Shown: positions 1-18,518, numbered from the stretch's first letter. The stretch is DNA of 64,000 bases from the human T2T-CHM13v2.0 reference genome, Homo sapiens (GCF_009914755.1 NC_060934.1); one strand, 5' to 3'. Made by a program: numbers and translations. Notes: a model not told the origin generated them from the sequence alone.

Positions 1-550
1 CAGGTTGTACATATAAAGTTTAATTTAGGCTCTAAAAGTTTAGGTTGTTAGTATGATAGTTTCAGGTACTAAAATGTACATTTATCAAAAGGTAAAATAA
101 ATGCAATATACAGTTGTACACACTGTATTCTTATTTGAGTTCCAGTGCTAAAAGGAAAGGAAAATTTTTCCTACAAGTACCAGGGTAAATCTAGCAAATG
201 GAATTAAAGTCCCTCTTACCCACATGGAAAAAATTCATGGTTCATTACCAGGAAGATATAGTACATAGAAATTTAAGTTCTAAAGTAAGTTATTGAAGTT
301 TTAAATAAGGAAAACATCCCAACTGAATAAGTAGTTTCTGTATTTTTGAAGAGTGATAACATTTAAGTTGCTTTTTTGTACTTACATAAGCCTTAACTCC
401 CCCAACCCCTCATTGACTTTTTAACGTTATTGGTACTACCCAGAGTTATAGAGATTGGTAATCCTTGAATGTTATTTAGAAAACAAAGGACTTGTGGTTC
501 AGAATTCTGTTTTGGTCACCAAAATTTTTGAGTTAAAGACTAATAAAACT

Positions 551-1032
<482 letters not shown>

Positions 1033-1664
1033 CTATACTGCATGAAGGGAAAATTTTAGGAGATAACCACTATAAAATTTTCTTGAGTAAAATAATAACT
1101 AGCCACTTATTTTAATGAGTAGATAAGATTGTATTGCTCTTCCACAACACCACTGGAACATAAACTTTTGATTTAGTTGTCCATTTAATAGAAACATAAC
1201 ACTATGTAGGGAAAAAAAATACAATTACCTTGGTCAGGATCTGGGTTTCACCTGTGCTACTGGAAGAAAGGTTCTATCATGCATATCATCAGTTCAGGAT
1301 GTACTTCTACGTCAGACATGAGCAAAATGTCAACAAAGCAAAGCACCAGCAACTACCATACAGCTAAGTGTGTGCTTTTTATTCTCAGAAGGTTTAGACA
1401 TCTGATAGATGTTATTTAGTCTTGCTTGAATTCTTTTACTAATTTGGAGCTTGGTTTTCTCAACAGAGCCTATTGAGGGTATTAGTTGTTAGAAGGTTCT
1501 ATGTTGAAGTACAGTGTAGTTCATTGTAATGTTCATAGTCCCAATTTCCCCCCTAGAGCCACAAAATACAATTCAATTCATTTACATGATTACCCTTCAG
1601 ACATTTAAGATTGCTACAGAACCCTTTTTAGTTCTTATTAATTAGTTTGGAATTTTCTTACTAT

Positions 1665-2290
1665 TTATTCATTCAGCAAATTATTGTGAGTCCTCTATGT
1701 ATACTAGGCACATAGGATATTAGGTAAACAGAACATTTTATTTAAAAAGTTTCAGATAAGGGAGTCCTATAATATCAATGTTTACAATATTACCTGATAA
1801 GTGTTATAAAAGAGGATATGAGGATGCATCAGTACTGAGGAAGGGGTGATTAACTTTGAGACAGGAAGTTAGGAACTTTACAGTAGATGAAACATGAAAG
1901 CTTAGTATTTTACTAAAGAAGAGGGTTTGGGTTAGAATGAGTGTGATGACAGGACAAGTAAAAATAACATATATATAGAATTATATATAAAATAGCTCAG
2001 CACTTTTTGGGACTGCAGATTCTCATCTGGATGATTGCCTCTAGGGTGCATGAGGTATGTGTCAAAAACTGAGGCAAAAAGGTTGGGTCTAAATTATGGG
2101 GGAGCTAAATTTGTCTGACAGAACTAAGTAATTTGAACTGATTCAGTGAGAGGTGGCAGTACAGGGAACATTTGTGGGTTTTTTAAACAATGGAGACATA
2201 CTTAGAACTACATTTCGGAACGGTGACTTGCATAGCGGTGTGGCAGATGATTTGCAACTTGAGAAACTGGAGCATGGAGATAGTTATGGT
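1665..2290 (-). mobile_element. L2 LINE remnant
   Basis: attcattcagcaaattattgtgagtcctctatgtatactaggc is the L2 3' end motif. Confidence 0.6.
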
Positions 2291-2809
2291 AGTTTATGGG
2301 TGTTTGTCAGTCTCCTTTTCACAATGTGATATACAGATAGTTGATGTAAATAACATTTTTTAAACCAGTAATATTGGATTAGAGAAAAAAAGTAAATAAC
2401 TAGATAAATCTTTCAATCTCTGCAAGAAGGGGTGGTTAATAAGTTGAGTGAGACATACCAGTAGCCTTTTTGTGAAGCTTTAAGGAAAATAAACTTTGAA
2501 CTGGATTTTTGTTTTTGAAGGAATTGAGATGATATGAAAATAGAGTCATGTGAAAAATTATGCTTACCATATTTTGTAAGGAATTTAATGAGGATGGGAA
2601 AAGAGCCAGAATAGCTATTTGGCTACATGTTTTGATGTTGCGGATCAGAAAGGAAACAACCTCAGGAAAAACCCTGGAGGTGTAAAATTGTTGCAAAATC
2701 AAGGTTTCACATCTAGTGTAAAAGTTCTGTACATTGCTTTATAAAAGTGGACTGGGACAGTATACTTATCAGCCATTTTTGAGGATTGAAAGAGATTAAA
2801 AAAAATTGA

Positions 2810-3153
<344 letters not shown>

Positions 3154-3655
3154 ATGTATGTCTCTTCTACTAAATGGCAAAGCCTCCAGAGACAGAGACC
3201 ATGTTCTTGTTCATTTTTTTACCTCTGTGTAGAGATATAGATTAAATTGAAGGATAATAAAACCAGAAACTTGGGCCCTGCCACGCTTGAATTTGGTTAT
3301 CTCCAAGTAAATCTAGCTCTATTAATTCTCACAAAGCCCAACAATCTTTAGTTACCCATGTGCTGGCAAAACAGTCCATGTTTAAAGGAGTAACTACCTA
3401 AACATATAGATTTTGGTAAAATACTTGTGGCAGCTGCGCAGCTTTTAAGAAAATCCAGATTACAGCATCTGTAACTGAAATGTTGTAATATAAAGAAAGT
3501 GCTGAATTTTGTTTTATAACTATTGCCTTAATGCTATTGCTAGTTTTGAAGAAAATACCTTCTTTAGGTTTTCTTATCAGCCTAACAGATTATTCTCAAT
3601 TTCTGTAGAACTAGATATGTCTGTTTTTCGCCTTCAATCTTTTATACTTTGGTCT

Positions 3656-4270
<615 letters not shown>

Positions 4271-4491
4271 CTCCCAGCCATTTTTTTGATAGCAAACACA
4301 TACATCTTTTATTTATTCTTAAGGATTTGTACATTTACTATTAAATGTGTTACATATACGGGTTATTTAATGTATATTAAAGTATATTAAGTATATAGGT
4401 TATTTAGTATGATTCCATACTAAATAACATTTGTTTATCATCGTGAAGTTTTTAACATTAACCTGCATTTTAGATTCAATAAAACTTAAAA

Positions 4492-4847
<356 letters not shown>

Positions 4848-5119
4848 TTAAAAAGCCTTAACCAGTGTAATTTAGTTTTCTATTTAATACATTTAATACC
4901 AAACAGAGCCACAAAGAAAAAAGTGAATCTCCTCTAAGTAGTTTTTATTTTACCAAAATGTGTGGTTTAGATATGGCTTTTGGTTTGGGATACTTACTCC
5001 TACTGAAAGAAGCAAGCAGTTAATCTGTTGATGAATGCTGGCAACCATATTTTAAGAACTGATAACTAGAAGTTCAGTTTTATAAATCTGTTAAATTTTT
5101 TTATCGCAGTGGAATATAT

Positions 5120-5494
5120 TGCTGTGGACCGAATGTTTGTGTCCCTCCAAAATTCATGTGCTGAAGGCCTAATCCCCAGTAATGATATTTGGAGGTGGTA
5201 TCTTTGAGGTAATTAGGTTTAAATGAGTTCATCAGGGTGGGACTCTAATGATGGGATTAACACCCTTATAAGAAGAGGCCCTGGAGAGCTTGCTTCCCTT
5301 TTTCTGCCCTGCTGCTATATGAGCACACAGCAGAAAGGTAGCTGTCTGAAAACAGAAGAGACTCCTCACCAGACACCAAATTTGCTGGGACCTTGATCTT
5401 AGACTTCTCCATCTCCAGAACGTTGAGATACAAATGTCTGTTGTTCAAGCTACCAAGTCGATGATATTTTGTTATAGCAACGTGAGCTAAGACA
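5120..5494 (+). mobile_element. MLT1A-type MaLR solo LTR
   Basis: tgctgtggaccgaatgtttgtgtccc...ttgttatagcaacgtgagctaagaca. Confidence 0.88.
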
Positions 5495-5499
5495 TGCAT

Positions 5500-7120
5500 A
5501 TGACATAAAATTTACCATTAGTGACATTCAGTACATTCACCATGTTGTACAGCTAGCACCACTATCTAATTCTAGAACATTTCATTACCCCAAAAAGAAG
5601 CTCTGTACTCACTAAGCAGTCACTTCCATCCTGCCTTGTCTCCAACCCAGCAATCTGTTTTTGGTCTCTGTGCATTTGCTCAGTCTGGATATTTCATATA
5701 AAGGGAGTCATATAGTTTGTCACCGTTTATGTCTGGCTTCTTTCACTTTGCATGTTTTTAAGGTTCATTTATATTGTAGCATGCCTCAGTACAGCATTAC
5801 TTTTTATGGTTGCGTAATAGTCCATTGCTTGGATATACCGTTTTGTTCATCCATTTATCCACTGGTGGACATTTGGGTGGTTTCCGTCTTTTGGTTGTTA
5901 TGGATAGTGCTGCTAGTATCATTTGTGTACAAGTTTTTGTTTGAACACTTTTTTCTTTCAAGTTTTATTTTTAATTGACGAATGTATATTTATGGGGCAC
6001 AATGTGAAGTTTTGATACATGTATGCATTGTGGAATAATCAAATCAGTCTAATTAGCATATCATAAACTCAAACATGTATCATTGATTTGTCCTGAGAAC
6101 ATTAGAAAACCCTCTTTTAGCTGTTTTGAAATATATATTATTATTAACTATAGTCACTGTGCTATGCAGTAGAACACCAAAACTTATTCCTCCTATCTAA
6201 CTGAAACCCATTTTGTACCCATTGACCAATATTTCCCCTTTTCCCTTTCACTCTCCTCCACCCACCTCCACCTGGTTCCCCCTGTGACCACCCCCTGGCC
6301 TCTGGTAACCACTATTCTACTCTCTACTGCTATTAGTCTGACTTTTTTAGATTCCAAATATAAGTGAGATCATGTGGTATTTGTCTGTCTGTGCATGGCT
6401 AATTTCACTTAACATAATGTTCTCTCTGTTCATCCATGTTGTCACAAATGACAGAATTTCCTAATTTAAAAATGCTGAATATATTCCATCGTGTACATAT
6501 GCATTTTAAAATGCATTCATCCATTGATGGACACTTGGGTTGTTTCCATATCTTGACCATTGTGAATAATGCTGCATTTGAACATGAGAGTGTAGTTCCT
6601 TTTGGCATATTCCCTGAGCACTGGTTTTTAATTCTTTTGGATATTATGCCCATTAGTGAAATTGTTGGGTTATAGGATAATTCTGTGTTTAACTCATTGA
6701 GGAACTGCCAAACTGTTTTCTAAAAGCTGCAGCATTTTACATTCCCACTAGCAATGAATGAGGGTTCCAGTTTCTCTATGTTCTTGTTATTTTCTTTCAG
6801 AAAAAAAAATTACAGCCATCCTAATGGGTTTGTAATAGTATTTCTTTGTGATTTTGGTTTGCATTTTCTAACAACTAATGATGCTGAGCATTTATTCATG
6901 TTGTTGTTGCCCATTTGTATACCATCTTTGCAAAAATGTTTATTCAAATCCTTTGCCTAATATTAATTGGGCTGTGTGTGTTTTTGTTGTTAAATTATTT
7001 GAGTTCTTTACCTATTTTGGATTCTAGAACCTTATCAGATAAATGATTTGCAATTATTTTCTCCTATGGGTGTCATTAAACCTTCTTGGTAGTACCATTT
7101 GATGCACAAAAGTAGACAAC
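5500..7120 (-). mobile_element. Nested L1MB/L1MA 3' fragments
   Basis: Typical L1M 3' UTR antisense motifs; ORF2 C-terminal remnant AALFTMVKIWKQPKCPSMDE in ORF 6405-6653. Confidence 0.85.
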
Positions 7121-7265
7121 GTTTTAAATTTTATGTATATACAGTTCTAAGTTTGTGTAACCAGTTTAGTTTGTATTTTAATAGGGGAAATAAGATGTGT
7201 ATTTAGCTATCTGTAGCACAGGCAGGAAAGTATAGAATGTATTGAAGAGTACAGAGTTTAGCTGA

Positions 7266-7586
<321 letters not shown>

Positions 7587-7685
7587 GGGTTCATGTAGTT
7601 TTAAGGAACAGAAGCCTACTTAAGCTACCTTATTTATTTTTTCTTCTTTTTCTGGACTCCTATCAGGAAACAGTTTGTTTATTAA

Positions 7686-7969
7686 TTTTTAAGAGATAGA
7701 GTCTTGCTCCATAGCCAGGCTGGAGTGCAGTGGCGTGACCATAGCTCACTGCAACCTCAAACTCCTGCGCTCAAGCAGTCTTCTTGCCTTAGCCTTTTGA
7801 GTAGTGGGGACTACAGGTACCGTGCTTGGCTATTTTCTTTGCTGTTTTTTTTAGAGATGGGTGTTTCAGTATGTTGTCCTGGCTGGTTTTGAACTCCTGG
7901 CCTCAAGCAATCCTCCTGTCTCAGCCTCCCAAGTTGTTGGGATTACAGGTGTGAGCCACCACACCTGGC
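7686..7969 (-). mobile_element. AluJ
   Basis: Diverged Alu. Confidence 0.9.
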
Positions 7970-8051
7970 TAAGCTACCTTAAATAAAGTAGAATTTATTG
8001 TTAGCATATAATAGGCATCTTGTGGGCATTTTGAAGATAAAAAATAAACTA

Positions 8052-8270
8052 GGCTGGGCACTGTGGCTCAAGCCTGTAGCCCCAGCTACACAGGAGTCTG
8101 AGGCAGGAGGATCATTTGAGCTCAGCAGTTTGATGCTGCAGTGAGCCATGATCACGCCAGTGCACTCTAGCCTGGGTGACAGAATGAGGCCCTGTCTTGA
8201 AAGAAAGAAAGAGAAGCAGAGAGAAAAAGATAAAGCAAAAAAAGAAAATAAGTAAAATAAGAAAATAAAC
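8052..8270 (+). mobile_element. Alu monomer (FRAM/AluJ-like) with A-rich tail
   Basis: Single-arm Alu. Confidence 0.85.
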
Positions 8271-8395
8271 TATACCTGGATCACAGAGTGCCAGGAACAG
8301 TGGTTTTTCTGCCTTCCAAGAGATGCTTGGTTTTTCAGCTCTTTTCTGCCTCCTGATTGTTCAATGCATGCTTTCTACCTACAAAGGCTCTGTGA

Positions 8396-8748
<353 letters not shown>

Positions 8749-8978
8749 CATTCACCATTTTTTAACTTTCTCAATCTCTAAGGCTTCTATTAAAAAACTT
8801 GGGGGGTCTGCTTGTCTTAGCCTGTGTATGAATTTTTCTCTGTTTTATCAGTGGTACAGTTAAATCAGCTCTGACTGAGGGCCCGGATCATAAACTACAA
8901 AAATAGCCACTCTGGGCTACTGTTTCAGAGAAGGAATGGCAGAGTGGGAGTAGGTTGTAGGCATGCCAAAACCACATA

Positions 8979-9306
8979 CAGTCAGATGACCCTTTCTGTC
9001 TGTGGGTTCCACATCTATGGATTCAACCAACCTAGGATCATAAATGTCCAGAAAAAATATTTAGTCTGTACTGAACATGAACAGACTTTTTTCTTGTTAT
9101 TCCCTAAAAAATATAACTATTTACATAGCATTTACATTGCATTAGGTATTATAATTAATCTAAGATGATTTAAAGTATACAAGAAGATGTGTATAGGTTA
9201 TATGCAAATAGTGCACCAGTTTATATAAGGGACTTGAACATCTGAGAACTTTGGTATCTGAGGGAAGTCCTGGAATCAGTCCCCCACAGATACCAAAGGA
9301 CAACTG
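8979..9306 (-). mobile_element. MER2 (TcMar-Tigger) DNA transposon
   Basis: Characteristic internal sequence and terminal ...gataccaaaggacaactg followed by TA. Confidence 0.85.
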
Positions 9307-9721
9307 TATATTTTTCCTAGTTGTAGAAAGAGAGTAGTAGGAAATAATATTGTAAAGATAATTTGTGTCCCCATTGTGGAGAGCTTTTAATGCTAGGGTA
9401 AATAATTAAAACTCTTCCATAAATAGTAGGGAGTTACTGAGGATTTGGGGACAAGGAAGTGAAATATTCTGTTATTTTCTGCTTATACTTGGTAGTGTTT
9501 TCTAGTTGTAATGGCTTATCTGTCATTTTCTTCCTCTCTCCTGTGTTTGTCTAAATTCTCCCCTCGTTCATTCAGTAAGCATATTTGAGCACCACCTATA
9601 TTCCAACGAAAGAAGGAGCTAGAATAAGGCCTTTCTGTTGAAACCAGTGATGGAAACATAAATTGAAACACTGTGCTGTGATACTAGCTCAGGGAGCATG
9701 AGATGGAGTGTTTTAAATTCT

Positions 9722-10205
9722 TTGAAAATAAAGAATAGCCCTTCAGCAACAGAAAGAGACACAAAATGGAATAAGGATTTCATTACAGGCCCTGGGAGTA
9801 CCTGGCATGTCTGAAGGCCACATGGAGATGGGTCAGTGCTGGGAAGGATAGAGGGGACCCATGGGCCAAAGCTTTTATTGGCATCCAGGGCATATCGAAG
9901 CAGATTTCCTGTGGGGGAATTCTAATTAATGGGTTTAAAGTAAACTGGTAAGAGTTCTAGAAGGTCACTGTGGCATGTCTGCACAATTCACGCAGGGTTT
10001 GGCAGTCAATGGGGCCAGGTAAGTAGGTTGTATTCAGCTGTCCCATAGGGAGGTGATCAACAGGAGGTCCACCTTGAGGAAATGGGAAAAGGTGTAGAAC
10101 TGGAAACTGTCAAGGATGACTGAGCCCTGCTTCTAGTATGAGAAAGTTAAACTTATATTTAAAAACTGATGCCAAGGCAACATAAAATTATAGGGAATCA
10201 CTGCA
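9722..10205 (-). mobile_element. ERVL LTR of the MER74/MER73/MER54/LTR47 group
   Basis: Minus-strand start TGCAGTGATTCCCTATAATTTTATGTTGCCTTGGCATC resembles this group's 5' end. Confidence 0.7.
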
Positions 10206-10769
10206 TGGGGCAAGCAAGAATTACTCCTCTGGCACTACCTCTGGTTTGCAAGTCCATCTTCAAGTTCATTTCCGGGGTTAGTAGAGGGTGTGACTGTAAA
10301 GAGATAGCATGGGGAGTTTTTTGTTTGCTTTCTCTGTACTTCAGTGGATGCAAAATGAGGGAGTTTTTTTGGCGTGATGGAAGTGTTCTATACCTGAATT
10401 GGGAGTGTTCTATACTTCAATTGTGATAGTAGTTACACAAATCTATACATGTGATAAAACTTGTAGAACTATACACCAAAAGAAAAATGGTCAATTTTGT
10501 TCTATGTCAGTTTAAAAAAGAAAATATTCAGTGAGTGCAGGGCATTGTGAAGGTTACATGTATCATGTTCAATTAATTTCTCTGAAATTAGCTGACTTTC
10601 ATTTGTTGTGTGAAGTCGCAGCACTGAAGTTACAATAATAAATTTGGAGCTCACACTGTAATGCAGTGGAGACATCATAGAACTCACGTTTTTTTTTGTT
10701 CTACAACTCAACCAACTAGTAAGAGCTCACATTTTAATGCAGAAGACAGCTAATTAAATTTGCAAAATT

Positions 10770-11665
10770 GCTTTGGCTATTTTATTTCCTTTGGCTTTCC
10801 ATATTGATTTTAGAATCAACTTGTTTTTATTTACAGATAATTCTTGTTAATTAACTTAGGGAGCATTGACATCTTTATGATGTTGAATCTTTCAGTTCTT
10901 CAGCACAGTATATCTAGCCATTTATTTGGGTCATTTTTTATTTCCTTCATCAATGTTTTGACATTTTCAGCATACACATCCTGTAATATTTTGTTAAATT
11001 TATAATTAAATATTTAGTTTTTTGTGTTATTATAAATGATACTTCTTAAAAATTTCACTTTCTAACTATTCATTACTAATTCAGAGAAATATGATTGATT
11101 TTTGTGTGCTTGCCTTTTATCTTGTAATCCTGCTTAACTTACTAGGAACTTTTTTGTAGATTCTATGAGGTGACTGTAGACAGTCATGCTGTCTGCAAAT
11201 AAGAGAACATTTTATTTTTTCCTTTCTACTCTTTGAGACTTTTAACTTAATTTTTCTTGTCTTATTGCATTGGCTAGGGCTTTCAGTATGATTTTGAAAG
11301 GGAATGGCAAAAGTGGACATCATTATCTGGTTTCCATTCTCAGGGGAAACATTTAATGTTTCACCATCATTAAGTATGATGTTAGCTGTAGGGTTTTTAA
11401 AATTATTTTTTATCTTTATGTTTTGGTAGATGCCTTTAATTAAGCTAATGAACTTCCCTTTTATTCATAGTTTTCTTTGGATTTTTTATTTTATTAGTAT
11501 TGCCAAATGACTTTTCTGTGTCCATTGATGTAATTGTGTGGGTTTTTCTCATTTAGACTGTGAATAAAATTGGATTCATCAATGACTTTCAAGTGTTGAA
11601 TGAGCCTTGTATTCCCAGGATAAACCCCACTTGGTCTTGTTGTTTTTCCTTTTACATATTGTCAG
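10770..11665 (-). mobile_element. L1M ORF2 fragment
   Basis: Antisense L1 ORF2 sequence (e.g. gtatgatgttagctgtaggg, ccaggataaaccccacttggtc). Confidence 0.75.
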
Positions 11666-11667
11666 AT

Positions 11668-11975
11668 TTTATTTTTATTTTTGTATATTTTTTTGAGACA
11701 CAGTCTCACTTTGTCACCCAGGCTGGAGTGCAGTGGTAACGATCTCGGCTCACTGCAACCTCTGCCTCCCAGGTTCAAGCAATTCTCTGCCTCAGCCTCC
11801 CGAGTAGCTGGGATTACAGGCGCTCGCCACCACACCCGGCTAATTTTTTGTATTTTTAGTAGAGACAGAGTTTCACCATCTTGGCCAGGCTGACCTTGAA
11901 CTCCTGACCTCTTGATCCACCCACTTCGGCCTTGCAAAGTGCTGGGATTACAGGTGTGAGCCACCACAGGTGGCC
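11668..11975 (-). mobile_element. AluS
   Basis: Alu consensus. Confidence 0.93.
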
Positions 11976-11984
11976 TGATTTTTT

Positions 11985-12150
11985 TTATTTAAATATTTTA
12001 ACAGTGTTATTGAGACATAATTAAAATACCACACAACTTGCCCCTTTAAAGTGTGCAATTTGATAGTTTTCAGCACATTCACAGAGTTGTGCAACTATCA
12101 CCCTAATCAATTTTAGAACATTTCTGTCATCCCCAAAAGAAACCCTGTAC
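11985..12150 (-). mobile_element. L1MB 3' end fragment
   Basis: cacagagttgtgcaactatcaccctaatcaattttagaacattt motif. Confidence 0.75.
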
Positions 12151-12649
12151 CTATTATAAAGATGAAATACATATGAAGGTATTTTACTCTTACTGTAAAC
12201 AAAAACACTGTTAGTTTCTGTTGTATTTATACAATAGGCATAAATGGAAAGGTATTTACACATATGGTTAGTTTCATTTATCATTCCTCATCAGTCATCT
12301 TGCCTGTCTTTCCCACCTTTCTCCTATGTTAAAAGGTATCTTACCTTCTGGTGACAAATATTTTGCCCATGTTCTGCTGATGTTTTTCCTTATTACCGCT
12401 TGTGTGCTTATCCTAAAAGTTCTTTTCTATATCCTTCCTCTTTTCTTCTGGTGGTTTCTAACTTCCCTTTGAATATCTTAGATACTACCATTGGTCCTAA
12501 AGCAACAGAGACTTTATTTATAAAACATGTCATGCATGATGTAATAAGTATGCAGCTCAAAAGCAAGACTTTTTATAATTACTTTTTTCTTTTATCATTA
12601 AATGTATTCTATTTTGTTCTCTCCTGCTGCAAAAGAAGAAAAAGATCTC

Positions 12650-12975
12650 AGCTGGGCATGGTGTCTCACATCTGTAATCCCAGCACTTTGGGAGGCCGAG
12701 GCAGGTGGATCACTTAAGGCCAGGAGTTTGAGACTAGCCTGGCCAACATGGCGAAACCCTGTCTCCAATAAAAATACAAAAATTAGCCGGGTGTGGTGGT
12801 GCATGCCTGTAATTCCAGCTACTTAGGAGGCTGAGGCAGGAGAATTGCTTGTACCTGGGAGGCGGAGGTTGCAGTGAGTCAAGATTGTGCCATTGCACTC
12901 CAGCCTGGGTGACAAAGTGAGACCCTGTCTCACAAAAAAAAAAAAAAAAAAAAAAAAGGAAAGAAAAGAAAGAAG
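12650..12975 (+). mobile_element. AluS
   Basis: Alu consensus with long A tail. Confidence 0.93.
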
Positions 12976-13339
12976 ACCTCTATCAGTAAGGCATTGCCTG
13001 TAATTTATTTACCATAAGAAATAAGACATAAGGTGACTTGCTAACATGAGTACACTTGGACTGTATTCTGGAAGGATAAGAAAATAAATTTGTATATTTG
13101 AATTGTTTAAAATGAAGGCATTTTGGCAATGTGTAGGATGGAAAAGATTAGGGATTAGTTGTGAAGCTCTTACATCTTGATTGTTGTATGGAGGACATGA
13201 ACAATATGAATGTGATTAAAAAGAAAAGCAACTATGCAAGAGAGACCTGTTTCAAACACTTAGTAGTGTGACCTTGGCAAAGACTCTGTGGGGTCATCAG
13301 TCTGTCTTGGAAGTGGTAGGTTGGTGTATTGAATCCTAG

Positions 13340-13692
<353 letters not shown>

Positions 13693-13821
13693 GTAAGTAC
13701 ATCATTTACTTAAAATTGTGCAGACAATATTTTTTTCTTACCTGACCTCATTACTGGATTGTGCACACAATTTGAGAATGCTTGTAGACAACCTGTGGCC
13801 CATTTGTGTAGGTTCATTGAC

Positions 13822-14111
<290 letters not shown>

Positions 14112-14841
14112 TGACTCTTAATAAAGAACTCTGACCTGGATAGTCTTTTTTTTTTTTAATTTAATTTTTAATTTTCTTTTTCTCTGAACACTCTCCAATG
14201 TTACGGATATTTTCTAAGGTCCCTAGAAGCTCTAAAATATTATTTATTACTTGAAAAATTGTAGCCTTTCAGCCTTGTAATTTCTCTTGTTTTGACAGAG
14301 TGGGTGATGTTGAATTTCCCTTTTTGATAGCTCTGATCTCAGAAAATATCTGGTTAGTTAAGTAATGTTTATTGAATAAAAATTCTCTACTTTTTTTTTA
14401 ATTTTTAGGATTTGTAATAACAAAGACAAGATCCAAAAACAGCTTGAAAAAGAAAATTCTTGGAATTAAAAAAGCCTAAGTTATCTGGCAAAAAACCCTA
14501 CTTTTTTTGCATATAGTCAGCTGAAAGTTTTTTCCAAGTGAAAAATGATTGAGGCTTGTAAAGAATGTTAGTAATCTTTGTGCCAGATCTTTAATCCAGA
14601 ATACTCAAGGGTAACCAAAGTACTGAGTTTAGAGACAGTAGTTATACTTCTTTGAATTAATTATGTAGTCAGCTGTGGCATTCCATGGTCACTAGATAAT
14701 GTTTTCTTTATGGCTTTTTATTCTTTGGGGAAATTAAAGTCCAGGAAGTTTTTATGTTTTCAGCCATCCAACTTCCCCTCTGTTATGATTTCTAATTTTT
14801 AAAACTGATTTTACTCTTTCAATTGATTCTATCCCCTCCAC

Positions 14842-15280
<439 letters not shown>

Positions 15281-16192
15281 TGAATCCCCTTTTAATATAC
15301 AAGTCTATTGAAATGATTATTAGAATTTATCCAATGAGTCTAAAAGGTTAAAATAGTCAAATTGATGTAAATGTTAAGCAAAATTAATTACTTTTTGGAG
15401 GGCTGGAGCTCACATTACTGTTGGCAGTAAGAAGATTCAGGATTAGGTAGTCACAATTTTCTATAGTGTCAAATTCCACAGTTTGAGAAACTATGGGATT
15501 TACATTCCTTTATCTCAGATACGTAAGTGGGTTTGCCAATTCTTAAAGATCCAAGCACTCTACATTCTGTTATTTAAAAAAGCATTAGTGGAGAATTTGC
15601 ATGATATCAATAAATTTTGCCCCTTTTTAGTGAGCTTTAGCCTTTGATAAGGTATGGTAGGCAAATGGTCTGACTCTTAGGTCCTATGTAGCTTTTTTTG
15701 TGTGTGATAAAAGAAATGAAGAAATTTTAGGAGAATACAAGCACACAGATATGTGAAGCAAATGTTAACATGTATTAATAAGCTAGAGTCATTTACCCAA
15801 CCTGTATTATAAAAGCCACTAAGGGAGAAGGCAGGGAAATGGTTGTATTAGTAGGCCTTTTCCCCTCTTTTCTCTTCTAATCCCCACATTAGCCTTTTCT
15901 TAGTGTGCCTCTTTTCTTTTTCAACTATATGTTTTCAACAATGAAGAAACCATTAGACTGCTATTTCTCAGTTGATGCTATTTCCTAACTGGGGCAACTT
16001 ATTGCTCAACTCCTTTTTGCTAAAAAGATTGGACACAAATTAGTAGAGAGAATGGAAGATGGTGTGTTTGTGTCTGTGTGTGTATAGATGGGCGTGTACA
16101 TGAACATGGTATTTATATAGTGTTGATTGGGGTGGAGGATGAATTTAAAGGGGGAAAGATGGATTAACACTACCATTCCCTGTTATGTGCTA

Positions 16193-16606
<414 letters not shown>

Positions 16607-17976
16607 TTATAAATACTTGGGGTTTGGGAAGGCCTAATAGGTAACACCTTTAGCAACCCATTCAAGTTTGGGCTCAATAGAGAAAAGATAGGAAAACAAA
16701 TGGTACTTCAAAATATGTCTTAATACAGATACATTGTGGATCAAAAGATGTGGGTTTGTTGTGTGACTACAGTTGGCCTCCTTAATATTTCACTTGTGTT
16801 AAATTTACTCAGCAAAACATTAACACAGCAGGTCTTTCCTGTGGGGATGGGGAGCAGAGAGGTACAGAGGTAACTTGGCCTCCTAACAGGAGAGCAGAAC
16901 AGACTATCTTCAGCAGCAGTGTCTGCTGCCAAAATTTGGTCCCTCAGGTGGGGATGAATAAGGGGGCAGAGAGAAGCTAGGAATGTTCCTTTCTGCTTCC
17001 CCTCCCTTCAACACGAACAACATAGCACAAGAGTGACCCCTTCCCCAAAAGTGCCCTACAGATGTCATTCATATAGTCAGACACTACCTCTGGAATCCTG
17101 AAAGAATTGTTCTATCTTTTGTGTGGGTGTGCTTGAACACATCTGGTTTGTTTTGCTAAGAAGCCTTTAGTGTTGATTTATATTTAAGAAATTTTAATAT
17201 TTTGGGGGGTGGGAGAAAGGGAAGAGAGAGAGAGTGAGTGTGTGTGTCTGTCTGTCGGTCTGTCTTTCATTTGAAAAGGTGATACGGAGGAATGTGGTCT
17301 CACATTTATCTCCATTGAGACATCAGCTTTTCAGGCTTACTAACAGTAGATCGCGAGACAAGGGATGGGGCGTCAAAAGATGACACATTTTTGGCCTATT
17401 TATGTACCTTTTCACTGGGTTTTCCCCCTTAAGATTTAATAAAGTAGTGATTATTTTCCTAGGCTGACCAGTGAAGCCTGTTAAATCTGTAATGTTTTAA
17501 CACAATTCCATATACAATATTTGTAATGATATTTTAAAATTACTTTTCATTGCAGGTATATGCCATTTTGCTGTATTATGTTATAAATAGTGTTTGTGGC
17601 AGGGAATAACCTGAAAACCCAATCCAAAATTTCCTAGTGGCATAAGAAATTAATGTGGAACAATATCTGATGGCCTTTCTTAGCAACTGGATACCTGTGG
17701 GCTCATATTTCTTTTATGGAAATTTCTTGTAGTAACCAATGTTTCCTGGATGCATAAATTTAAGTTATTTGGCTTTGGCTTGTTTTTTTATGATTTAACA
17801 AGAATTTAAACTTCATTCTGAACTTATTGTATTGTCAGGACTATAATATATAATTAGAACCAGGCTTTTTTATTTTGGAGGTTTTTTTTTTTCCTTTTCA
17901 TCTGTGCTGATCATAGCAAGATTCTACAAAAACCACATCCACTGAAAGACTTACTGTTATTTGATTTAAGAAGTTA

Positions 17977-18518
<542 letters not shown>

